NCBI GenBank assembly: GCA_963830915.1 | Contig: CAWHOE010000023.1 | Location: 1-37,570, forward strand | DNA from: a candidate division FCPU426 bacterium | GTDB taxonomy: Bacteria; Oederibacteriota; Muellerivitia; Muellerivitales; Muellerivitaceae | Length of the DNA stretch: 37,570 nt | Direction: 5' to 3' | Shown: piece by piece, positions 8,579 to 18,491 of the stretch | Numbering within the stretch: position 1 is the first letter of the stretch | Layout: the number at the start of each line of letters is the position of its first letter | Made by a program: the position numbers and the translations under genes | Notes under the pieces: model-generated | Seen by the model: only the letters and a program-made list of their open reading frames with translations | The model's database searches: none | What the model was told of the DNA's origin: nothing

Positions 8579-10333
8579 TTAAACCGGGTGGAAGCCGTGT
8601 CCCGACCGGATGTTCCAGACCGCCTGATGATGCTCCTGGGGGTCCTGCCGATGGGCCACACTGATCATGGTTGTCTCCGGCAATCTTTCATTCAAAGCCT
8701 TATACAACCTTTCCTGGGCGTCCTCATCCAAGGCCGAAGTGGCCTCGTCCAAAAAGAGCCACTGGGGTTTCTGCAAGAATACCCGCGCCCAAGCCACCCT
8801 CTGTTGTTCCCCCACCGAAAGCATCAAGGCCCAGTTCTCGAAATCCGCCAGCCTGTCCTTTAAATGATCCAATCGACAAAGGGAAAGAACATCCAATATC
8901 TCGTTATTTGGAATATCCGCTTCGGCCTTGGGATAAGTCAATGCGCCCTTAAGCGTGCCAACAGGCAGATAGGGTTTTTGGGGCATGACCATCACCTTGG
9001 CTTTTTCAGGAAGGGTGATCGTCCCCTTGGTGAAGGGCCAGATACCGTAGAGCGCCCTCAAAAGGGTGCTTTTGCCGCATCCGGATGGTCCGGAGATGAG
9101 GATGGACTGTCCTTTCTTGAAATCGATGGTCAGGGGGTGGGTCAGGGGTTGAGGAAGGCCCGGAAGGGAAAGGGTCACGCCGTCCAAGCGGATGGATCCC
9201 TGGTCTGCCCCGGTTCTTAGGATGGATTGGGCCTCTGCATGCAGACCTTTCGTGCGTTCCACTTCCGCCTCGAACCCTTCCAAACGCTCAACAACCGAGC
9301 GCCAGTAGGCCAAGGTGGTGTAACTTTCCACCACCACCGAAAGGGCGTCCTTCACCTTGCCGAAGGCGTTGGAGATCTGGATCAAGACCCCCAAGCCGAT
9401 GACCTTGGCGAAGAACCGGGGGGCCGCCACGACCAAGGGAAAAATGGAGGCGATCTGGTCATAACCGATGACGAAAAAGCCCAGATGCATGTTCTTTCTG
9501 ATGATGGCATGGTAGTTCTTGTAAACCGATTGGAAAGTTTCTTTCAGGCTCCCTTCCTCCACGTTTTCACCCTCGCTCAGGGCCACGCTTTCGCCGTTCT
9601 CCCTCAGACGGACCAGGGAAAAACGGAAATTGGCCTCCAGCCATTGCTGGCGGTAGTTCAACCCGATGAGGGGCCGGCCAATACGGTGGGTGATCCAGGT
9701 CGCGACGGCCGCGTAGACCAGGCAGACCCAGGCCATATAGCCGGGAAGGGTGAAAACCTTTCCGCCCCATAGGGGGATATCGAGGGGCCCGGACAAGGAC
9801 CAAAGGATGGCGATGAAGGAACAAAAGGTCACGATCTGATTCAAGAGGCCCAGGGAGAGGGTCAGGGTGTTGTTGACGAAATCCTTGATGTCCTCGGCGA
9901 TACGCTGGTCGGGGTTGTCCGTCTTTTTCTCCGTCAATTGCCAAAGGTAATGGCTTTTTTCCTGGAGCCAATGTTCCAGGAACCGGCGGGTCATCCACTT
10001 GCGCCACCGGTTCTGAAGGGTCTGGGTGAAGTATTGTCGGAAGACCGAGACCAGGATGGCGCAGGCCGCCAGACCGCAGAAGACCAGTATGAGGGACCAG
10101 AAGGCGTTGGCATCGAGCTTTTGGATGGCGTCGTAGAATTTCTGGTACCAGGTGTTGACCTTCACCATCAGGTAGACCCAGGCCAGGTTCAGGATGACGA
10201 CCAGCAGGAGCATACCCCGTGCCGGCCAGCGGTCCTCGGAGAACCAATAGGGTTTGGCCAGCTTCCAGAACCCGCTGAACAACTGGCGGAAGGTATAGGT
10301 AGCCCGGAAGGGGTTATCATTTCGGCTTTCCAT
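8579..10333 (-). CDS. ABC transporter, fused permease/ATPase (YddA/ABCD-like)
   Basis: DNPDQRI and EANFRFSLVRLREN (EAA-like) motifs. Walker A GPSGCGKS, signature LSVGEQQR, Walker B LFLDEATSALD. Confidence 0.92.
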   Translation of the reverse strand: MESRNDNPFRATYTFRQLFSGFWKLAKPYWFSEDRWPARGMLLLVVILNLAWVYLMVKVNTWYQKFYDAIQKLDANAFWSLILVFCGLAACAILVSVFRQYFTQTLQNRWRKWMTRRFLEHWLQEKSHYLWQLTEKKTDNPDQRIAEDIKDFVNNTLTLSLGLLNQIVTFCSFIAILWSLSGPLDIPLWGGKVFTLPGYMAWVCLVYAAVATWITHRIGRPLIGLNYRQQWLEANFRFSLVRLRENGESVALSEGENVEEGSLKETFQSVYKNYHAIIRKNMHLGFFVIGYDQIASIFPLVVAAPRFFAKVIGLGVLIQISNAFGKVKDALSVVVESYTTLAYWRSVVERLEGFEAEVERTKGLHAEAQSILRTGADQGSIRLDGVTLSLPGLPQPLTHPLTIDFKKGQSILISGPSGCGKSTLLRALYGIWPFTKGTITLPEKAKVMVMPQKPYLPVGTLKGALTYPKAEADIPNNEILDVLSLCRLDHLKDRLADFENWALMLSVGEQQRVAWARVFLQKPQWLFLDEATSALDEDAQERLYKALNERLPETTMISVAHRQDPQEHHQAVWNIRSGHGFHPV

Positions 10334-10426
10334 GGAGACTCCTTGAATGGGGTGATACTGGGTTTAACTTTCGTATGATTTGAACTGAAGAGACCTAAGT
10401 TGTCCAGTCGGAAGAAGGCACCATAA

Positions 10427-10470
10427 AACAAAAAGACCCTCGTTCCATTAGGACCGAGGGTCTTTTTGTT
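10427..10470. terminator. Bidirectional intrinsic terminator downstream of GH5 gene
   Basis: Perfect 16-bp inverted repeat AACAAAAAGACCCTCG/CGAGGGTCTTTTTGTT. Confidence 0.85.
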
Positions 10471-10500
10471 ATTGAGGGATAGACAGAAACCAGCGCTCTT

Positions 10501-11571
10501 TTAACGGCTTTTCGCTAGGATACCCCGTTGAAGGATAGAGAGCATTTCCTCGTCCAGGGCCGCGGTTTGGCCTTTGGGTTGTTCAGGCCAGACACCGAAA
10601 TCCAACCACTTGTAGATCCAATAGGACCAACCCACGTTCATTTCGGTCAATAGGTCCACCACGTCCCTGGTCCAGTTCAATCGGGCGGATCTGGGAGCCT
10701 GCTCAAAGACCCCGAATTCCCCACAGTAAAGCGGGACACCCTGCTTCACCAGCCGCTCCACAGGAGCCATCATATTTCGGAGGGCGTCCTTGTCCCAATG
10801 GATGGATCCCTCGAACTCCAGTCTGGCCCTGGTATTGGCTGGTAATTCCTTAGCCATATGGGCTTTCACATTAGGCAGGTAACCGGGGTAATCGACCGTC
10901 TCCAGATAGGGCTGGCCTTCTTTCCACCAATAAGCCCTTTGATGAGTGACCCACATGGGCTCGTAAAAATGGAAGCTGTAGATGAGGTTGGGCGCCTGGA
11001 CTTCCTGGACCAAGGCTTCCAGGGTTTTTACCGAACCCCAACGGGTGGATTCCACCACGACCTCCCGTTCGGGATGCTCAGCGTGGACGGCCCGGATGAT
11101 GGCTTTGGCGGCTTTGCCCCAATCTGCGGGTTGGCAGGCGGTGGGTTCGTTCAGGATGTCGAACCGCAGGGGACATTCGGCGTTCTTGAGAGCGTGGGTC
11201 AATTCGGCCCATTGGGAGCAGAAAAGGTTGAGGGCTTTGTCATCGCGCCACAGGCCTTCCAGTTCGGTATGTTGGAATGAATGTAAGGGAGTCTCGTGAA
11301 GGTCGAGGATGGTCATCAATCCCGCGTCAGATGACCAGCCAAGGACTTTATTGAGGAACGCCAGTCGCGCGGGAATGAGCTTGCCCAACCCATCCTTGCC
11401 GAACAGGAAACGGCAGTCCACCGGAAGCCTGATGGAATTGAAACCCCAGTCCGCGACCAACCGGAAATCCTCTTGGGTGATGAAGGTCTTGGCGTGCTCG
11501 TCGGTCAAAGTGGATTGGGATATCCAACCGCCGAAGTTAAAACCGGTGGGCGTGATAGAGGATGACATCAT
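10501..11571 (-). CDS. Glycoside hydrolase family 5 (CelC-like endoglucanase/cellodextrinase, no signal peptide)
   Basis: GFNFGGWISQ, GFNSIRLPVD, LDLH, catalytic NEP and CGEFG, HFYEP, GWSYW. AGGAG SD. Confidence 0.9.
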   Translation of the reverse strand: MMSSSITPTGFNFGGWISQSTLTDEHAKTFITQEDFRLVADWGFNSIRLPVDCRFLFGKDGLGKLIPARLAFLNKVLGWSSDAGLMTILDLHETPLHSFQHTELEGLWRDDKALNLFCSQWAELTHALKNAECPLRFDILNEPTACQPADWGKAAKAIIRAVHAEHPEREVVVESTRWGSVKTLEALVQEVQAPNLIYSFHFYEPMWVTHQRAYWWKEGQPYLETVDYPGYLPNVKAHMAKELPANTRARLEFEGSIHWDKDALRNMMAPVERLVKQGVPLYCGEFGVFEQAPRSARLNWTRDVVDLLTEMNVGWSYWIYKWLDFGVWPEQPKGQTAALDEEMLSILQRGILAKSR

Positions 11572-11643
11572 ACGGAGGCTCCTGAGAGAGATCTGTTTAT
11601 TGAAAGCCGGACCATTTAACGGTTTTGAGAGAAGAAGGTAAAC

Positions 11644-11659
11644 TGAAAAGCGTTTTCCA
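11644..11659. promoter_or_regulatory. LacI-family operator-like palindrome upstream of GH5
   Basis: TGAAAAGCGTTTTCCA: CG-centred near-palindrome typical of LacI/CcpA sites, ~70 bp upstream of the GH5 start. Confidence 0.6.
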
Positions 11660-11741
11660 TTGGGAATGGTGAAGAAAATGGAATTCAGGTTGACCGTTAC
11701 AACTAATGGTCGAATGAAACAGCAAAGACAACAATAAATTC

Positions 11742-11921
11742 TTTGGCCACAGATTCATGGGATACATGTGATGGATTTAAAGAAAACAAAAAATCTTCAG
11801 ATTTTATTAATCCCATACATCCCATGAATGTCGACCTGCCAATAAACATTTAAAGTGGTCGGTATAGTACCGATTTCAATATTCTTTTTTTCATTTTAGA
11901 ATCAGCACATCCGTGGCTAAA
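11742..11921. repeat. Palindromic GCCACAGATTCATGGGAT...ATCCCATGAATCYGTGGC element, right arm interrupted by an 80-bp insert
   Basis: Arms match the intact copy at 21635-21721. Confidence 0.8.
11829..11908. mobile_element. 80-bp MITE-like insert, copy 1
   Basis: TGTCGAC...ATAAACATTTA...GGTCGGTATAGTACCGATTT...AATCAGCAC. Homologous to 23714-23792. Removing it restores the host arm. Confidence 0.7.
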
Positions 11922-11962
11922 TGTGTTTTGGTGATTGTATCGGGATAAGAAAAGGGGACTTC

Positions 11963-12682
11963 TTAAGCTTCGGCTGGTTCGGGGCCGTTCTTTTCCATCT
12001 GCGCCTTGGCGACGAGCATCATGTCGCGGGCCATGTCGGCGATCTTGGGGAAACTTCTGATCTCTTTGCTGGCCAGGGCCCTTTCGTAAAAACGCCGGGA
12101 CTCCTTGTTGAGACCCTGACGGCGGTGAAGCTCCCCGATCAGGTAAAGGATGCCGGGCTCGCCCAGGTGCTCGGGCATGTCGTAGCCCTTGGCCAGGTAC
12201 TCCTCGTAAGCCTTGGCGGCCAGGGCCATGGCCGCTTTTTCTTTCTCGTGTTCCCCGATCATGCGGAATAGCCAGACGATATGCAGGTAAAGGTTGGGTA
12301 AGGTGCCTGAATCGTAATAGGCCCTCAATTTCATGAAGGCGATGGCCAACTCATGGCGCTTGATGGAGACCTCGGGGGAAAGGTGGCCGAGCATGAAGAT
12401 GTCCGGTTTTTTCTTGCCCGACGCCTTGATCTGCTTGGTGGCTTCCATGATCTTGGGTTCGCCCCCCGGGCGGATGGACTGGAAATCCTTGTTTTGGGCG
12501 GCGAAAGTGCAGTGGGGGCAGGCGGTGATGGCGTAAAGATAGGGGCACTCGCCCTCGTAGATATTACCAAAATCGGTCATCTTGTCCTTGATCCGGATGA
12601 CCGAGGAACGCATGCGGGTGGTCTCGAATTCACCCCCGCAGAAGGGGCAGTTCAGTTTTTTATTCCACAGGGCTGTGCTCAA
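11963..12682 (-). CDS. DUF2225 family protein (Zn-ribbon plus TPR-like helices); start uncertain, TTG 12682 chosen
   Basis: KKLNCPFCG.EF, DFGNIY, PYLY.I..CPHC.FAA, YLHIVWLFR, LYLIGELHRRQG. The longer ORF to 12910 overlaps the divergent promoter. Confidence 0.8.
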   Translation of the reverse strand: MSTALWNKKLNCPFCGGEFETTRMRSSVIRIKDKMTDFGNIYEGECPYLYAITACPHCTFAAQNKDFQSIRPGGEPKIMEATKQIKASGKKKPDIFMLGHLSPEVSIKRHELAIAFMKLRAYYDSGTLPNLYLHIVWLFRMIGEHEKEKAAMALAAKAYEEYLAKGYDMPEHLGEPGILYLIGELHRRQGLNKESRRFYERALASKEIRSFPKIADMARDMMLVAKAQMEKNGPEPAEA

Positions 12683-12848
12683 AAGTTCGCTTTCGTGGCC
12701 GGTAATTGAATGAAAGACCGGGGTCCAGGACCCCCTATATAAATAGCATGCTTGAGGTGGATTGGGAAATGGAAGAAGCGAGACAATGTTGGAAAACCGA
12801 TACATTCGTTTCCATAATGTAAGGGGTTTGTTAAAGGTTGGGCGGGTA

Positions 12849-12877
12849 TTGACAAAGAAAGAATGGGGTAATAGACT
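12849..12877 (+). promoter_or_regulatory. Sigma70-type promoter of the met/cys leader
   Basis: TTGACA (12849-12854), 17-bp spacer, TAGACT (12872-12877). Predicted TSS ~12884, just before riboswitch 1. Confidence 0.85.
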
Positions 12878-12888
12878 TCGATTATTGA

Positions 12889-12958
12889 AACGCGAGGCGT
12901 TAAGGTCCAACTTGCCCCGGCGTTCCCGAAGATTGGGTAAACAGGGCGCTAAAGCGGC
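12889..12958 (+). ncRNA. SAM-II-like riboswitch aptamer, copy 1
   Basis: P1 AACGC/GCGTT. L1 GCGTTAA. CC..UUGC pairs as a pseudoknot with GC(U)AA..GG. AAACA-GGGC-GCTAAAG resembles the SAM-II 3' segment. Lies upstream of metY. Confidence 0.75.
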
Positions 12959-12979
12959 GAAAGTTTAAGAGAACCTCCT

Positions 12980-13020
12980 AAACCCGAGCTGCCCAAAAAG
13001 CGACTTGGGTTTTTTGTTTT
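12980..13020 (+). terminator. Expression-platform terminator of riboswitch 1
   Basis: AAACCCGAG...CTTGGGTTT stem plus U-tract. GCTGC (12988-12992) can alternatively pair with aptamer GCGGC (12954-12958). Confidence 0.75.
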
Positions 13021-13087
13021 AAGCCCTGATAATCCTGCGGATTCTCAGGGCGGCACACCCGTTGTTTTGATTTTTTTGAGGTGTGCA

Positions 13088-13160
13088 CCGGCGAGGCTTT
13101 AAGACCAACTTGCCCCGGCCGATGTTCCCGCGAGGGGACGAAACAGGGCGCTAAAGCGGT
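13088..13160 (+). ncRNA. SAM-II-like riboswitch aptamer, copy 2
   Basis: P1 CGGC/GCCG (compensatory relative to copy 1). L1 GCTTTAA. CC-AAC-TTGC. GCGA-capped hairpin inserted in L3. AAACAGGGCGCTAAAGCGG is identical to copy 1. Confidence 0.8.
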
Positions 13161-13182
13161 GAAAGATCATGAGAGCTCTCAT

Positions 13183-13220
13183 AATCCTGAACCGCTGAAA
13201 AGTGGTTCGGGATTTTTTTT
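13183..13220 (+). terminator. Expression-platform terminator of riboswitch 2
   Basis: AATCCTGAACCGCT-GAAA-AGTGGTTCGGGATT plus T-run. ACCGCT (13191-13196) is complementary to aptamer AGCGGT (13155-13160). Confidence 0.85.
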
Positions 13221-13221
13221 G

Positions 13222-14651
<1,430 letters not shown>

Positions 14652-14659
14652 GGTAGATC

Positions 14660-15595
14660 ATGGCAAGGATATATTCGGATGTCACCAAGGTCATCGGGCG
14701 CACCCCTCTGGTTCGCCTGAACCGCATCACCGAAGGGGCCGGCGCGACAGTGCTGGCCAAGCTGGAATCCATGAATCCCCTGGGCTGCGTGAAGGACCGC
14801 ATCGGGGTGGCCATGATCGACGACGCTGAAAGGCGTGGGTTGATCAACAAGGACACCCAGATCATTGAGCCTACCAGCGGCAACACGGGGGTGGCTCTGG
14901 CTTTCACCTGCGCTTCCAGGGGCTACAAACTCACCCTGGTCATGCCTGAGACCATGAGCATGGAAAGGCGTCAGTTGATGCGCATTTTCGGGGCCAACCT
15001 GGTTTTGACCGAGGGGGCGAAGGGTATGAAGGGGGCGGTGGACAAGGCCGAGGAACTGGCCAAAGCCAACCCCAACAGCTTCATTCCCCAGCAGTTCAAT
15101 AACCCAGCCAATCCCGAGATCCACCGGCGCACGACCGCCGAGGAGATCTGGCAGGATACGGACGGAGCGGTGGACATCCTGGTGGCGGGAGTCGGCACGG
15201 GCGGTACCATCACGGGCGTGGCGGAAGTGATCAAAAAGCTCAAGCCCTCATTCAAGGCCATCGCGGTGGAGCCGGACGCGTCCCCCATCCTTTCGGGAGG
15301 AACGCCCGGGGCGCACAAGATCCAGGGCATCGGGGCAAATTTCATTCCCGCGGTCCTGAACCGGGACATTCTGGATGAGGTCATCCGGGTCACCAACGAT
15401 GATGCGGGGGCAACGGCCCGTCAGCTGGCGAAAAGCGAGGGCATCCTGGCCGGGATATCCTGCGGGGCGGCCCTCTGGGCGGCCCTCAAGGTGGCTCATC
15501 GCCCTGAAAACAAGGGAAAGACCATCGTGGTGGTCCTGCCCGATACGGGCGAAAGATACCTGAGCACATGGCTTTATGAGGAGGCCAAAGGATGA
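14660..15595 (+). CDS. cysK: Cysteine synthase A
   Basis: [54 protein letters not shown]. Confidence 0.95.
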   Translation: MARIYSDVTKVIGRTPLVRLNRITEGAGATVLAKLESMNPLGCVKDRIGVAMIDDAERRGLINKDTQIIEPTSGNTGVALAFTCASRGYKLTLVMPETMSMERRQLMRIFGANLVLTEGAKGMKGAVDKAEELAKANPNSFIPQQFNNPANPEIHRRTTAEEIWQDTDGAVDILVAGVGTGGTITGVAEVIKKLKPSFKAIAVEPDASPILSGGTPGAHKIQGIGANFIPAVLNRDILDEVIRVTNDDAGATARQLAKSEGILAGISCGAALWAALKVAHRPENKGKTIVVVLPDTGERYLSTWLYEEAKG

Positions 15596-16749
15596 CCGAA
15601 ACGGCGGACCAGAAGGCGAAACCTGGGTTAGGACTGGTCGAGACCAAGACCTATTCCTTCGACGGGCTGACACTCGAGAACGGCGAGTGGCTGGGCCCTG
15701 TCACGTTAGCCTATGAGACCTATGGGCGGTTGAACGCCGATAAGTCCAACGCCATCCTGGTCTGCCACGCTTTTTCCGGGGACGCCCACGCAGCCGGCTG
15801 GCACGAGGGCGACAAGGACCCGGGTTGGTGGGACGACATGATCGGTCCGGAAAAGGCATTTGATACGGACCAGTATTTCGTCATCAGTTCCAACGTCATC
15901 GGGGGATGCAAAGGCTCCACCGGGCCTTCCAGCTTGAACCCCAAGACAGGGAAGCCTTACGCTTTGGATTTCCCGCTTGTCACCATCGGCGACATGGTGG
16001 AATGTCAGCAACATCTGGTGACCCGGCATTTGGGAATCGACCGCCTGCTATCGGTAGCGGGAGGCTCAATGGGAGGTATGCAGGTACTTTCCTGGATGGT
16101 GAAGCACCCGGGAAGAGTGCATAGCGCCATCCCCATCGCCACAGCCATCAAACATTCGCCCCAACAGATCGCTTTCGACGAGGTGGGGCGCCAGGCCATC
16201 ATGGCCGACCCGGATTGGGACGGCGGGAACTATTACGGAAAATCCCTCCCCGCCAAGGGGTTGTCGGTGGCCCGCATGGTGGGCCATATCACTTATATGA
16301 GCGATTCCTCCATGGCGGACAAGTTCGGACGCCAGAAGAAAGCGCGCCAGGGCGCGGAAAAATTCACCGCCGATTTCGAGGTGGAAGGCTACCTGAGGTA
16401 CCGGGGCGAGAATTTCGTCAAGCGATTCGACGCTAATTCCTATCTCTATATCACCAAGGCCATGGACAACTTCGACGCCGCGGCGGGTCGACCCTTCCAG
16501 GAAGCCCTGCAGGGGAAGGATATCCACGCGTTGGTCATCGGGTTCAAATCCGATTGGCTCTATCCGCTCTACCAGTCCCAGGAGATCGTGCGGGCCTGCA
16601 AGCTTTCGGGCATCGAGGCTAGCTATTGCGAGATAGACTCCACTTACGGTCATGACGCTTTCTTGCTGGAGATCGAGGAAGAGACCCACTTGGTCAAGCA
16701 TTTCCTGAGGAAGGTCTTTTACGGATACAATGTGTTGGAAGAACCTTGA
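15592..16749 (+). CDS. metX: Homoserine O-acetyltransferase
   Basis: [47 protein letters not shown]. Confidence 0.95.
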   Translation: MTETADQKAKPGLGLVETKTYSFDGLTLENGEWLGPVTLAYETYGRLNADKSNAILVCHAFSGDAHAAGWHEGDKDPGWWDDMIGPEKAFDTDQYFVISSNVIGGCKGSTGPSSLNPKTGKPYALDFPLVTIGDMVECQQHLVTRHLGIDRLLSVAGGSMGGMQVLSWMVKHPGRVHSAIPIATAIKHSPQQIAFDEVGRQAIMADPDWDGGNYYGKSLPAKGLSVARMVGHITYMSDSSMADKFGRQKKARQGAEKFTADFEVEGYLRYRGENFVKRFDANSYLYITKAMDNFDAAAGRPFQEALQGKDIHALVIGFKSDWLYPLYQSQEIVRACKLSGIEASYCEIDSTYGHDAFLLEIEEETHLVKHFLRKVFYGYNVLEEP

Positions 16750-16860
16750 AAATACAAAGATTCAGATTTTCTTTTCGTAATATCTGTCTGTGTCACTGAC
16801 CTGATTAATCTTCTCGTCGCGAGAGGATTTTTAGGCCACAAGCCTGCGGCTTTCCGTAAA

Positions 16861-16965
16861 GATAGTTGTTCCCCCCCTTGAAAAAGGGGGGGAGGGGGGT
16901 ATTAGTCGTTTCCGAGGTAGCTCAAAAGTCTAACTCCCCCTTATTCCCCCTCTTTCAAAGGGGGA
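16861..16965. repeat. REP-like double-hairpin element (CCCCCTTTGAAAAAGGGGG type), copy A
   Basis: Near-identical flanks to 23956-24060 with an unrelated ~20-nt centre. Lies between metX and metW. Confidence 0.8.
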
Positions 16966-17021
16966 AATTAAGTTTATCTGTGTGCATCTGTGGTTAATAT
17001 TATTTAAAGAGGTTATAAACA

Positions 17022-17627
17022 TTGGCGACCATTCCTGAAAATATACAACCGGACCACAGGGTCATCCTGGAATGGATCGAGCCGGGGGCCTCGGTATTGG
17101 ACCTGGGTTGCGGCAACGGCGACCTGCTCTACCATTTGATCAAGCAAAAGGGCATCAAAGGCCAGGGTGTGGAGATCGACGAACAGGCCATCTATAAATG
17201 CGTGGCCAGGGGTTTGAACGTTTTCCATGACGACATCGAGGGCGGGTTGACCGACTACCAGAACGACGCTTTCGACTATACGGTCCTGGACCAGACATTC
17301 CAGCAGATCCAACACGTGGACCGGGCCCTGGAAAGCGCCCTGCGGGTGGGGAAAAAGTGCATCGTGGGTTTCCCCAATTTCGCCCATTATATTTCCCGGT
17401 TCCAGACATTCTTCCTGGGCAAGACGCCGGTCACCAAAGCCCTTCCTTATATGTGGTATGAGACCCCCAACTTGCACTCGGTCTCCATCCTGGATTTCCA
17501 GGAATATTGCCAGATCAAGGGGATCGTCATTGAACGAAAAGCCTATCTGGCCGGGGAAAAGAACGTGCGGATAATGCCGAACTTTTTCGCTCAAATAGGT
17601 CTTTTCCTGATTTCCAAGAACGCCTGA
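17022..17627 (+). CDS. metW: Methionine biosynthesis protein MetW
   Basis: VLDLGCGNGDLL, GVEID, FDYTVLDQTFQ, IVGFPNFAH, PVTKALPYMWYETPNLH. Follows metX. TTG start with GAGG SD. Confidence 0.92.
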   Translation: MATIPENIQPDHRVILEWIEPGASVLDLGCGNGDLLYHLIKQKGIKGQGVEIDEQAIYKCVARGLNVFHDDIEGGLTDYQNDAFDYTVLDQTFQQIQHVDRALESALRVGKKCIVGFPNFAHYISRFQTFFLGKTPVTKALPYMWYETPNLHSVSILDFQEYCQIKGIVIERKAYLAGEKNVRIMPNFFAQIGLFLISKNA

Positions 17628-17656
17628 ATAATCTCAAGAAAAATAGGGGGAGGCAC

Positions 17657-17842
17657 ATGCCGACATGTTTGGGTTGCGGTGATGAATTGAAAGAAGTCTC
17701 GCGCAAGAAAGTCCAACAACCTGGGTATAAGAACAAGGTTCTCAAAGTGGTCTACCAATGTCCCAAGGCTGACTGTAAAGAAAAGGGTTTGAAGAAGAAT
17801 TTCCTCGAGGAAGGGGGGATGGTCATCCCCCTCAACGACTAA
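17657..17842 (+). CDS. Small Cys4 zinc-ribbon-like protein (61 aa)
   Basis: GGGGAGG SD. CLGC...CPKADC. Fills the gap between metW and the hydrolase gene. Confidence 0.7.
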   Translation: MPTCLGCGDELKEVSRKKVQQPGYKNKVLKVVYQCPKADCKEKGLKKNFLEEGGMVIPLND

Positions 17843-17851
17843 ACCGGTCCC

Positions 17852-18385
17852 ATGAAGATCGTCTTTTTGGCTGGCATCAATAATTCCGGCCCCGGTCATT
17901 GGCAGAGAGCCTGGTATGAGAAACTGGGCGGTATCTGGGTCGAACACGCCGATTGGGACAACCCCCGCGCCCAAGAATGGGTCCCAAACCTCCAAAAGTG
18001 CTTGGAAGAACATCCTGGGCCCAAGGTCCTGATGGCGCACAGTATGGGCTGTTTGTTGATATCCCGATGGGCCAAGGACCATCAAGACCCCAGCCTGAAG
18101 GGCGCCTTTTTGGTCGGTCCGCCTGATATCCTTTCTCCCCGATACCCAAAAGTCGCCGAGGGGTTCACATCCCCCTTCGAAGTCGGCCTACCTTTTCCGA
18201 CTGCGCTTGTAGCCAGCCGGAACGATCCCTATTCCTCTTTTGATTACGCCCAAGAACTGGCGGCTCATTGGAAAGCCCGTCTCTTGGATGTGGGCAACAA
18301 AGGTCATATCAATATGGATTCCCGCTTGGGTTTTTGGGACGAGGGATTCGGACTATTCCTGGAATTTATTCGAACCATCGCCTGA
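17852..18385 (+). CDS. RBBP9/YdeN-family alpha/beta hydrolase
   Basis: GINNSGPGHWQ, AHSMGC, SRNDPY, GHIN.DS.LG.W. Confidence 0.9.
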   Translation: MKIVFLAGINNSGPGHWQRAWYEKLGGIWVEHADWDNPRAQEWVPNLQKCLEEHPGPKVLMAHSMGCLLISRWAKDHQDPSLKGAFLVGPPDILSPRYPKVAEGFTSPFEVGLPFPTALVASRNDPYSSFDYAQELAAHWKARLLDVGNKGHINMDSRLGFWDEGFGLFLEFIRTIA

Positions 18386-18491
18386 AACCCCTTTTTCATG
18401 CTGTTTTCTGCCAAAAAGAATGCAACCTACCCAGCCCCGCCCTCGTCTAATATGTACAGGATGTTTTCGGAAAACGATCAGGGAGAGAGAA

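Noticed and set aside
12683..12910. N-terminal extension of the DUF2225 ORF
   Set aside because: It overlaps the divergent promoter and riboswitch 1, and family-like sequence starts only near STALWNKK.
12889..13220. T-box, SAM-I or SAH riboswitch
   Set aside because: No UGGNACC T-box bulge, no SAM-I AUC/GAU and GCAAC core, and no SAH GAGGAGCGCUGC motif. The SAM-II-type pseudoknot fits better.
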